In this document: positions 24,201 through 35,262 of the stretch, in pieces
Layout of the letters: every line of letters starts with the position of its first letter
Numbering within the stretch: position 1 is the stretch's first letter
Assembly (NCBI GenBank): GCA_030265395.1
Contig: JARFYF010000056.1
Coordinates: forward strand, 5,979,486 to 6,043,485
Source: Rhina ancylostomus
Lineage: Eukaryota
DNA length: 64,000 nucleotides
Direction: 5' to 3'
Program-made: the position numbers and the translations under genes
Notes under the pieces: model-generated
The model's input: the letters and a program-made list of their open reading frames with translations, nothing else
The model's database searches: none
What the model was told of the DNA's origin: nothing

Positions 24201-26219
24201 GAGCTCTAATATCTCTGTGGTAGAAGTCTTGGAAAGGTACACCCTCCTGTATTAGCCTACCATCATTAATCTTCTTGCCACCTTCTTTAGCTAGTCAAGC
24301 AGAACTGCTCAATAGAAAACTATATGATGGGGCACAACTAGAAGGCCCAGTCCCCATTATCAGGTTAACATTCTGTTAAGCCCCTCTGCAGCAATGGAAT
24401 GATAACAATTGAAGAGATCAGGGTCACATGATGTACAGCATCCAATTAATGATAAGCAGGATTTAACCAAATAATGTAGTACTCACAAAAGAAAAAAAAC
24501 TGAAATGTCTTTGTTGCATTTAACAGTCTGAAACAAAGCAATCTTTCATCCCGTATCAAGGCTTGACAAGTATATCAGCATAATAGCATTTTCTAACATT
24601 CTTAAATGTTGTGCATGCGCGCGTGCGTATAAATGAACTGCATAAATGGAGCTATTTAATTACTGGCTGAATTGCAAGACATTTTGAAAGGTGAGTTTAG
24701 GGTGACGCTGACTCTGTGCATGTGAGGTGCACCAAATAACCTCTGATTAAGGCCCCTGTCCTTCAAGCAAAAAAAGGAACCAAGTAGGCTATAAGCTGCA
24801 ATGTTCTTTTAAACAAAAATCAGTTCACCATGTTTGGAAATGTCAATCTTATTCTGTAAAAAGCGACAATATACTAAATATGCAACATTTTGGTGGTGTT
24901 TGGCTCACGATTAAACATCAACATATATGGACCCTTAATATGGGAAAAGGTCCCAAAGTATTTTGAAGAAATTTATTTAAAACTGATAAGAGGCAAGTTC
25001 CAAATGTTCTGGAATTTATCACCCAAAATACACCAACTGACTACTCTGTGGCAGTGAAAATGAACATACCATCTGCCAAAAACTGACGATTTGACCATGC
25101 AAATTACTGAATTGAGATCCTGCTAAATTTATATGCATTTCAATGACTAAACTTTAAAATAATTAATTGCACACACAATACTTCAAATATTTGAAAATTT
25201 TTGCTTTGAAGCTTTTGTTAATAAACTGATAATACAATGAGTTACAACTGCCACATCACATTTTTCAATTTGAAAATAACCATTTTACATGTTGAACATT
25301 TTCTTTAACACAGAAGATGAAAAATTAACTTATGACAGAGGCACAAATGCACCTCTCTATAAACCGTTTGAGACACGGTGCTGGCATAACTTTGCAGGCA
25401 GCAAGCTGGACTTCTTGTAGAGGCTGAGAAGGATGCAAATCCATAAGTAAAACAATCCTGCTTCATTTTAAATCAGCTCCCCCCCAGCCCCCCCCCCCCC
25501 GAAGCCAGTAATTTTGTGTTTCCCTTTCGTGAGCTTTGTGTAAAACTGCTCTAAAATAGGCTAAAAACCATGATCCTGATATGATGCAGTTTAAACTCAA
25601 CAAGCACTGTTTAATATATATTTGTAAGAACAACGTTAAAACAACTGCATAAAGCACAAGACTGAAATCTTATATATTATTTTCCTTCTCACAGCTTTAN
25701 NNNNNNNNNNNNNNNNNNNNNNNNNNNNNNNNNNNNNNNNNTGTACAGACTACAATGGACTCTGATAAAAACACTAATATTATTAACTTCTTCCTACCAC
25801 AACTTTATGTTCAACTCTACTGCATGCTTGTTTAAAAACTGGAGTATAATAAAAAGAAAACATCTAACTGACGTGAGAACACCAGTAACCGATTGTTAGC
25901 CACAGACCTTATTAAATTCTCAACTTAAATTTGACTGGGTTTATCACCAGCCAACTCTGATAGATTAACAGGGCACCACTGCAGAGTGTGACAAAATGTT
26001 TTTTCAAGATTTAGGCAGCTGAAAATTTAGGAACTGATTTCAGAAGCATAGCAGTTTTACAGCTAGCAATCCAAAAGATAAAATAATGTATCATAGCACC
26101 ACTGTCTTATCTAATATTAAACCTGTGGACAATATGGAGCTCTAATTTTTCTATTTCAGTGTGTGCACTTATTCACAGAACAGCACAAAGATACAGCACA
26201 AAAATATAGTACCACATAC

Positions 26220-26357
26220 TTGGACTCTTCTCTTCCACAAGGTCACAAGCGCAGAGTAGATCAGAATCAATTGAAATGGGTTTCTGTTTAATCCAGAACT
26301 TGGTGCTCGCCTTCTGATTAGTAACAGGGTCTATCTCCACCTTTTCTCCCGAGATAC
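26220..26357 (-). CDS. MAPKAP1: MAPKAP1/SIN1 coding exon (exon 10 equivalent; PH domain)
   Basis: 138 bp, ttcacAG|...|GTatgt. Translates (G)[45 protein letters not shown](S), near-identical to human SIN1. Phase 1-1. Confidence 0.99.
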
Positions 26358-27297
26358 CTGTGAATCAGTGGGGATATAAACCAGTGGGCTGTGTAAGTGA
26401 TTTTATATCAACCATTTGACACACTTTATAAATCTTAATGGAATGAACACATAAAATACTCTCTTAAGCCCTCTGAAACTCTGAGCTTTTCTGCAGCATT
26501 CTAAGAGAAGATTGAATACAGAGTAGATTTCTGGACCACCAGCTGAACAAAATAATGATAAAATGCATCTGATATGAACACTGTATTCTTAAAAACAGTG
26601 GTGGTGTAGAATTTGGTTACACTTAAAAAGCTCTTTTATCTAATATGGTCACCAAATAGTACCAGAAAGTTACAGAATAGTTACAGTATTCTAGTTATTT
26701 AGAACACAAAACTACATGATTTTTCGATCAGATTGTTTGCAAAATGTAGCCAATCATGTTTTGATATTAGTTTTATAATTGCGGTCATATCAATTCCTCA
26801 AAGCACACTGTGTACAGAGGCAGAACCAGTTATTAGGTAACAAGGCCAACTTTGATGGATGGCACTGAAATACATAACTTGATATATACAAGGCTTACTG
26901 AGATCCAAACTGAAATGCTTATTTGCTTTTATCTTTGACAAATTCAATAAAACTTTATGGAAACAAAAATAATGGTCTTGATAGGGTATGGTATGTTATT
27001 AGAATGGGGGTGAAATTGCCAGCAAAGTTTCATGGTGTGGAAGAAGATTTACTGTCATATGGCAATTGATATTGAATGTTTTTAAATGTGTAACTGCATA
27101 ATAAACTCAGTACAGCAGTGCTGGGTAACAATATCAAGCACCATACAAATCAAACTTCAAAAGACTAAGTGGGTGAGAAAATTTCACAACATTATAATTA
27201 GTAAGCTCTCGTTAAGTGGCTATCTTTAAAAAATAAAATAAACCTTTCAATGCTGTGTTAAATCTAACAATGTTGTTAAACCTATAAATCTACTTAC

Positions 27298-27620
27298 TAG
27301 GGAATAAAAAAAACATTGAGAAAATGTCCCAGTAATCATCCCTTGTCTTTATGATAAGTTGAATGCATTTTCCTGAACTTTCTCGCAAGTAAATGACCCA
27401 GAATGATAAATGGTCCGGGCAGTAGCAAAGCAACGCATCTTCAAACCGATGTCAAGAAACTCAAAGATCTAACTATTTCTACAGAGAGATTTCTGTTTTC
27501 TGTTGAGCTGTCAGGCATCAATTCAATGGGATCCCTGCCATTAACCAGCTGTAATGTCATCGACCTGGTTGAGCAGCCAATCAAAGATCTCCCACCTTTA
27601 TCGCAAAGATAGCAAACCAG
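27298..27620 (-). pseudogene. PKD1-like fossil exon: REJ-region segment
   Basis: Ends ...VIYLRESSGKCIQLIIKTRDDYWDIFSMFFLFP|GTaagt with a strong donor. Lies between REJ-start and REJ-end segments; exact register uncertain. Confidence 0.42.
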
Positions 27621-27928
27621 GAAGTACTCAAATTTCTTTTGTAGGGTACTGTATAAAAATAGGAACCTGTGATTTAAAGGTAGGAGTGCCACAATTTATT
27701 TGAAATGTTAATTCCCTTGCATTTAAAATCATAAAAGAAAATTACTACAGATATAAACTTAGTTCTTTTAAGGGCTAGTTAACTTGCTAAGCAGTTACTA
27801 TTACTTGGCAACACTATTAAAAACTCACTTTGAACACATAACCTAGTACAAGATTTTTAATTTTGCAACAAGAATATTTTATAAACAGCTAAAATTCAGA
27901 TCAACTCACATGATTCCAGCTTGCTTAC

Positions 27929-28319
27929 AGTGAAATGTAGGTAAGATGGATTATTGAAAGGAACCCTAGGATTCCAATGTTAATCTAAGTTGCTATCAGT
28001 TTCGGGGTAAAGTCCAGGTCGTCAGTGAACAGTGTTAGCGTCATTACCATTGTGAAATTGGTGCTGATTTGGATATCTGGGAAATAGTTTGCATCAAACA
28101 CCAACATTCAATTATAAAGCATCAGATTGTCTTTAGGAAAGCTTGATGGAGAAAATATGTCCACAAAGACACCCATTACATAATTTGCAACAGAGGCAAT
28201 AGAATAACATGTTTAACAGCTCTTCAACGAATTTGAACATGTGATTGGTTTCCTTAACTTCAGACCTTCAAATGTGATCAATACGATATAGTTGCCATTT
28301 CTGAGTGCACAGTTGGTTG
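27929..28319 (-). pseudogene. PKD1-like fossil exon: probable REJ middle part
   Basis: ttgttgtAG|...|GTaagc. One frame of about 130 codons with 3 stops: TNCALRNGNYIVLITFEG...PITCSNSLKSC*...NLMLYN*MLVFD (TGA at the Y-x-W-x-L tryptophan position). Confidence 0.5.
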
Positions 28320-28639
28320 CTACAACAATAAATTAATGAAGTAATCCATTTATTCATTTGTTTTGGATAAAAGATGGAAACTGGCTAGAACAGAAAGAGA
28401 AATCTATACATCTGTCTGAACAGTTCCTTGGATGTTTAACTTCAATTCTATAATGCAGTTTAACTTATCATTTCAAAATGACCCTGCTACCAATGAGCCC
28501 TTTTCTGGTAGTTATTCAGATATTAAGTCAGATTAAGAGCCAAACACATAGTGGAAATAGAACCCATAACCTTCCAACACAGAAAATTGAGATCTTGCTA
28601 TACAATGAACTAAACTGACACAAACAGAAAAGTTTTAAA

Positions 28640-28855
28640 AATCTGCAGATGCCAAAAGTCTGAAATAAAGCAGAAAATGCTGTAAACACTCAGCAGGTCA
28701 AGCAGCATCTGAGGAAAGAGAAACAATTAAAACAATACTAATGTCCAGTCCCCTTCCCAGTTTTGCAAAAGGGACTTCAATGTGAACATTAATTATTTCT
28801 CTTTCTACAGATGCTGTTCAAAGTACAGAGTATTTGCAGCATTTTCTATTTTACT
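28640..28855. mobile_element. Penelope-derived inverted-repeat element
   Basis: gcagaaaatgctgtaaacactcagcaggtcaagcagcatctg inverted against cagatgctg...gagtatttgcagcattttct. Confidence 0.7.
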
Positions 28856-29153
28856 TAAGGAACATATTTTCATGCAAGCCACAGGAATAAAATTTTACAC
28901 TACACAATTCATTGTTGAACAGAGATATTAGAGGCTGTGATGGCATAAACAATAAAAGTTCATCTCTGCTGAAAAATTTTCAATATGGCAGGAAGCCAGC
29001 TCCCTGAGGAGATTGATACCATAATAAATATCAATCCATTGTTTCAACAAGATTGGTAATTCACACAGCCAAAAAGGTGTACTCAAGCTCATTTTATTAC
29101 AGACAAAAGAGTCAAAAATAATGAACTACAGTTTGAGTACTGTAATAACCTAC

Positions 29154-29291
29154 TTGAATAATTGAAAATCCGGTTCATTAAGGAATCTATGCCACGAACG
29201 TAAATTGTGGAAGGAAGTCTTATTTTACAACTGCTGGAGGTTGATCTCCTCCTTTCAGAGTACAGATAAACTCAAAATGTGGTACAGACAC
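29154..29291 (-). pseudogene. PKD1-like fossil exon: start of REJ domain
   Basis: Acceptor tattttccAG|. Reads VSVPHFEFICTLKGG, then after frameshifts TIYVRGIDS / NEPDF, matching the REJ-start pattern IxGG...LxGxxSxDPD. Confidence 0.62.
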
Positions 29292-30059
29292 CTGGAAAAT
29301 ATACATGTTCACTTCTGCACATATTTAACCATCTGCCTGATCATTGTTGGTCAGCTCTTTGTTTTAATAAACATTACCAACATGTTACGAGACTTCTATA
29401 ATAACTCATGGCGCAAAATACCTGGTGATTAGCTCTACAAACTCAAGTGGAGACATAATTTGGTTTCATATTATTTAAGCAATTTCCACTCCCACTTTAC
29501 ATAAATTAATATCTTGTAGGCATGAAGCACTAAATTAATAAATAGCTTCCCAACTCTTCAAAAACCCCCTTTAATAAAGTAAATGTAAATAAAAGACATT
29601 AACATGACAACACCCAACATTAAAAATTTGCCATTAAACAAATGGCAAACTAGAGGAAAGACATCAATATTTTTATGATTGTAATTTTCATTAAACATGA
29701 AAGACAGCATTAATGAACAGGATGTGCAAGCCCAGAGGAGTATCTGATCACTAAAAGATTAAAAATAAGCTAATCTCAATAAAAACACTAATTAAAGTCA
29801 ACAGAATGTGTATATATTAATAAACTGAAGCTGGTGAATACTTTCTACAAGCGGTTATAAATCAGATATTTTGAAAGAAATTCTCTACAAAAAAATTACA
29901 TGTTTTAAACTTAGTGTAATCTGTCAAAGAAAAAATATAAACAATTGTTTCTACTTGACAAAGCCCCTGAACATTACTATCTAAAAAGGGAATACATCTA
30001 AAATTTATTCTATGGTCCAAAAGCTCCAGAAACCACAGAAGCAGTCAATATTGTTAATG

Positions 30060-30410
30060 TACCTTGTTAATTTGATGGGATTTGTCAGGTAACTCCACTG
30101 GAAAATTATATAAAACTGTTCCAGATGAACAGATGATAGTGACATGAATTAAACTGATAGAACAATACCAGAATATAAACCAGAAATGACACCTAAAGTG
30201 GCTGTTGATTTATTGCCATCCTGAGTTTGGTTCTGGGCTTCCATGTATATTAGTGCTACAAATCTGGGTCCATTTAGCAGCGAGATGCTCGTACATACAT
30301 CACTAGCTCCTGCTCCAAGCCAAGGTCATTCCCCATTGCATCAATCTTTTCAGCAAAGGCTACTCCGCCACAGCTTGTTTTTACCCATTCGAGCTTGGTA
30401 ATGTTTTGGG
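30060..30410. promoter_or_regulatory. Candidate conserved non-coding element
   Basis: Non-repetitive block with PBX-HOX TGATTTATTG (30206-30215), TGTCA and AAGGTCA sites. Confidence 0.38.
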
Positions 30411-32019
30411 GGTGGGGGGCTGGTAGAGGGGAGAGGAGGGGAAGAAGAAAGAGGATAATGAAGCGATTTCTACTATTACTTTCTGAATAATTTTAAATTT
30501 TAATCTTAAAAGACTGCACAAATCAGTGAACAGATTTGAAGCAGCTCTCCTTCACAAGCTTTTATTTAAAAAATAAGTGTACATGAATAGCTAACTCCTC
30601 TTCACCTTGCAAAATGTAGTGTGCAACTGAAGATATAAAATGGTGAAAAACTAAGCAATAATGGATCTAAATCATTCTGCATCTTAAGGCAGAAATCAGT
30701 GAGATGTTTGCTGCTGTAATTCACAATTTCAGCTTGTACTACTATTTCTGTACAGTCAGCAACAAAATGGCAAATCCAAAATATTTTTATTTAGATACTC
30801 TCAATTTTTGTTAATCACAATTAACACCCATTTTTATGGGAGATAAAAATACTTTGCCTTGCACTAATTAAATTTAACTGGTCTACTGGAAGTATGCCAA
30901 ATTACATGCTACTTTTTCCTCAGCAAAGCATGAATAGCAGCTTCCAAGTTTTTTTTCATACCCATGGAGGTGAGATGTCATCCAAGGTACTTTAGAACTT
31001 CAAACAACAGACAAGGCCACAGGAATACAAAGCATTATCCAACAAGTGATGGATTCTCCACTTACCACAGTTAAATCTAAGATTTTCTCCTTTGTCATAC
31101 AGGAGAGTAATTTTTTTTTAAATAGAAGGATCGAATAGGAAATATTTAGGAGCAGCTAAAGTCCAATTTAAAGGAAAAAAAACTGTTCTGACCTGCAATA
31201 TCATCAATATTTTACCACTGCAGTGGTATATTTTTGGTCACAGTGAGGCAACTTAGCAGAAGATAATTTTGAAGACAAAAAAATTTAATGAGTCAGAAAA
31301 ACTGCTCCTGGGAAAAGTCCATCAAGACAATGCTGTGCAGTGGGCTCTTGTCAATTTTGAGAGAGATGCAAAATTCTATTGTGGTGGAGGAATAGGACAT
31401 GTGCAGACTACAATAGGACTCTTGCCATTTGTGAACTCCAAGGCTTTATGGCCATAGTTTCCTGCTTTTGCAAAGACAGCAAGAGAAAGACTGTGGATTC
31501 AGAGGGATGAATGGGGATTTTAGGGGGAGGATCAGGTAATAGTGGGAACCAAGGTTGGACTGGATGTAGAAAGGATCTGGAAAGTGGTTGAGTTGGGGAT
31601 GGCTGAGGAAAGGATTGGGCCAGTGTTGGTAAATCATAGGGGGATTGGTAGGGGGAGGGTTGAAGAATGCAGCAATCAAGGAAACCACTTAAAGACCTTC
31701 CTGTTAAACAACTAATGCTACAGACCACCTGGCAGCAGCCAAGGTAAGATTTTGCTTCTTTAATGCAGAAAGTTAACTCAAACCCAGCAGAAGCCTGGTT
31801 TCGCATGGTGCTTATGGGTTGCCTATACACAGGACCATTTTGTATGTCAAATCTGAACTGTACATGATATATCAATTAGCAGTATCTATGGGACTTTGCA
31901 TTTTATGCAAGAACCTCCTGCAAAGTTGAGGTACACAAAGCGCCTGAATGAAGTTAGTATTTGGGTTTCTAACAAACATGCTACGGGATAGAATTTCCAG
32001 GCAGTTGTCTTCTTCTGAT

Positions 32020-32380
32020 ATAACAAAATCTTGCATTTGAATACTCTGCAATGCTTAAAATATTTAAAAATGTTTCACTGCTTTCAATCTTGTTTTGTCA
32101 GGAAACATGGCAGCTAATTTACACAGAACCAGACTGCACAAAGAACAATGAAGTCTTCATGGAGGAATAAACACAATCCATACACCAGGAGAATCCACAT
32201 TCTTCAAAATTGCACGTGATCCTTTTCTACCGAGAGGGCAGATGGGCCAGGCTAAGCATTTTATCTGACTAAAACTGCAGCCCAGATAATGCAAACCCAC
32301 CTTTGCACCATACTGAAATGCATCTGAGATTGCGCACTCAAATCCTGATGTGGGGCATTAAGCCATGATCTTCTGCTTTG
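32020..32380 (-). mobile_element. DeuSINE (SacSINE/AmnSINE-like) degenerate copy
   Basis: ggaaacatggcagctaattt..cacaga...caccaggagaa...ttcttcaaaa..g..tgatcctttt is the reverse complement of a Deu-domain-like core. Confidence 0.6.
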
Positions 32381-32823
32381 TGAAACTGTAGATAGGATTT
32401 GCAGTTGCAACTACCCCTTGTAACTAAATGACTAAATTTACCCAAGAATATCTGCAACTACCAATTATCTGGATTCAGTCTGTAAATTTTCTGACTCCTG
32501 AGGGATATTGTAAATTCTACTTCCATTTTAGAGCTACACTCTTTAACCAATGTTAAATGTTATCATCTCGCTTTAGAAGAAAAACAGCACTAAACATTTC
32601 AACCACATTAATCTGCAAGTGTCACTGTTCTGATGTTGTAACTTCAGTTGTTATTGGCAATAGATAGAAATTCCAAACTTACGTGGGATATAAGTTTGCC
32701 AATATACCGATGAGAGAGAGGGGTGAGATCTCCCACACTAATGCCATTTAAACAGCAGGCAGCCCAGANNNNNNNNNNGAAATTGTGCACATGCACTGTC
32801 ATTTGCTGAAGTCCCAGACTTAC

Positions 32824-33290
32824 TGACAGATTCGAGATGCTGTCAGTTCGCTCTACCACTGGGTTCCCCATGGAGACCAGCCTTGCTGAGATTCTGAGTA
32901 TCATGCTGGGGGAAAATCACCTTTGAGATCCTGTGCCAAAGACCCTGCCAATTTCAATGGTGATTGTAAGGCTGTGTTTTGTTGTAGTCTAATTTTAATC
33001 GAAATTATGCTTTTAATTAACTATATTTAAAGTTAAAATGTTTATATTCTCTACTTCAATTTTAGAAGTGTTTATGTCTTTCTGAATGTCAGAAAACATT
33101 CAAGATCACACAGATTTTACAGCCAACTACAGTATCTTTGCTGGCCGGTAAAGCTTTCAGGAGAGTTGAGGCCCTATCACAAGAGGCACTGCTGGTGTCC
33201 AAATGTTGCTGTGATCCTTTGGGACACTTGGATTGGTCTGGATGTAGGGGACCCAAGTATGGGTCTGGTGCAGGTGAACCAAGATCCAAC
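32824..33290 (-). pseudogene. PKD1-like fossil: segment preceding the REJ domain
   Basis: Ends MILRISARLVSMGNPVVERTDSISNLS|GTaagt (phase 0). Joined to the 29291 acceptor it reads MGNPVV...NLS|VSVPHFEFICTLKGG, resembling PKD1 FGDTPLTQSIQANVTVAPERLVPIIEGG. 5' boundary uncertain. Confidence 0.5.
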
Positions 33291-35153
33291 CCATGTTTTA
33301 TTTTTTAATTGAGGTGTTATTTTGCTGCAGAAACATTTACTTATTTGAACTAAAAATGAAAATTAATCTAAAAACAGCCCAGTGAAAGTGATTTTCCTTT
33401 ACATTAATTTCATTGTGCACATCAACACCTTTCAACAGGAGTACTCAGACATTTCCACATTCACCATAGGCAGACTGTACCATCCATAAAACACAGAATT
33501 AAAATATGACTGAAACCTCACATTTATAAGCACACTGAAAGGTGCATTAACCCCTGAAAGCTGTACTCACAGGTCAGTCCCATCAGTACTGAACAAGTTG
33601 AACCATTCGTTTCACCTAACAGCTCCACTCCCCTCCTATCATTTATCTTTAGTGATAAGGAATGACCTTTTCAAGTGCTCTGTTCTGACAGCTTCCAGAT
33701 GCAGAGGGGCCAAAAAATTCTCCAAGAAGCAAACTAACAGCAACTCGCAAAGAAAGGTGGGCTTTGCAGAAGGATTGCATGTTTGAACGATACCGTACAA
33801 GATTCTCACCAATATACGGAAACAAAATATTTCACAGAAGCTAAAAATTCAAGTAGGATATCAAGCAAATAAAAATAGTCAATAGCATTGAGAGAAGAAT
33901 ATTTAGAAATTTCATCCTTTAGACCTACTGTGCTTAGGCCAAAGCCACCTTAACATTTCCTTTTATGCCTTTAATTATTATTTTCAAATTTCATCTTATA
34001 TGTGGTTAATATGGCAAATTGTTTTGATTTAACAAGCACTTATGGTAATGCATTTCATATTCCAATGTTACTAGGTATGACATCCATGACACTGAATAAA
34101 CAAAAATCAAATTTATATAGAATCAACAATTTGTTGATTGATCAGCTAAGGCTGCCAAACATAACTGCAAGTTGGGTGTTTTATAATTATATCAATTTCA
34201 GGATGAAGAACTAAAGAGGTAAGCGTTAAGTGTTTTCTCTTATGTTAAATTTGAAGGAACTGAGTTAAGATTATGAGATGTACAAAGTTCTTTATTAATA
34301 AACATGTAGCAATATTGCCTTCAAAGATATTGATTTCTAATTTGCAATACAATAATATCTGACCACAGAGATTGTTGCTATTCTTACTACTTAAGCAAAT
34401 TGTGGGAAATATCATACAAGGGTGGATCAGAAATTTCTGCAGCATCAAAAGAGTTAAGGCACTCTACTTGCTCAGATCAAAGCAAAATTTGTTGATTAGT
34501 ACATTGTGGCAACTTAACCCTGCATAAGAGAGCTTCAGATGGCTATTAAAGTAAAGGTACTTATTTGTGTTTATATTCATTTAAATTCAAATAGCCCTTA
34601 TGGGGTTTATTGTTAATCTACAAGTTGAATGTTAACTCTAATTCTGTTCAAAGGCCTTTCACTGGTTTGTTTCCCTGTATTCAACTGTAGAACATCAATT
34701 TTGCTGAATTAAAAGTATTTGCAAAATAAGATCTTACTATATCTTATTAAAATATTTTAGACCTGACTGGAGAAAGGACACCAGAAAGCAGTTTATATGG
34801 GGCAAAGAATATACCATACGTATAAGTTCCTATTAACATATCAGTTTAGTTATATGTTAAAATATTATGGCAGCCTTTCTTCGGAAACATCTAATACTTT
34901 CTGCAGCAATTTGAATAATTAGTTTCTTTGTGTTCCATTACAATTAATGTAATTGGTGCCTACAATNNNNNNNNNNNNNNNNNNNNNNNNNNNNNNNNNN
35001 NNNNNNNNNNNNNNNNNNNNNNNNNNNNNNNNNNNNNNNNNNNNNNNNNNNNNNNNNNNNNNNNNNNNNNNNNNNNNNNNNNNNNNNNNNNNNNNNNNNN
35101 NNNNNNNNNNNNNNNNNNNNNNNNNNNNNNNNNNNNNNNNNNNNNNNNNNNNN

Positions 35154-35262
35154 TGAACGATGCTGACTTTGTAAGATTTGTAGCGTTGACTGCTTAGAAT
35201 GTCCTGCACAGTTGTTATATCCAGAGGCGGCTCATCCTCTGAACTCTCTTCTCCTCTTGAAC
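35154..35262 (-). CDS. MAPKAP1: MAPKAP1/SIN1 coding exon (exon 9 equivalent), 3' end hidden in N-gap 34967-35153
   Basis: Acceptor tcgatctgtAG|. Translates (S)[35 protein letters not shown](H/Q); human is [37 protein letters not shown]. About 32 bp (RLRFTTDVQLG) and the donor are inferred to lie in the gap. Confidence 0.95.

Larger units (their letters stand above)
8427..33290 (-). pseudogene. Decayed polycystin-1-family (PKD1L/PKDREJ-like) gene nested in and interleaved with MAPKAP1
   Basis: More than ten motif-bearing segments in the canonical order REJ > GAIN > GPS > TM1 > PLAT > TM2-3 > TM4-5 > S1 > TOP > pore/S6, several with AG/GT boundaries, broken by stops, frameshifts and LINE insertions. 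Confidence 0.78.

Noticed and set aside
27401-27427. CYCPDHLSF, resembling a GPS cleavage site
   Set aside because: It lies upstream of REJ-end and GAIN segments, and a fuller GPS with W...GC and correct downstream TM1/PLAT context occurs at 17800-17921. Treated as chance, though a second copy cannot be excluded.
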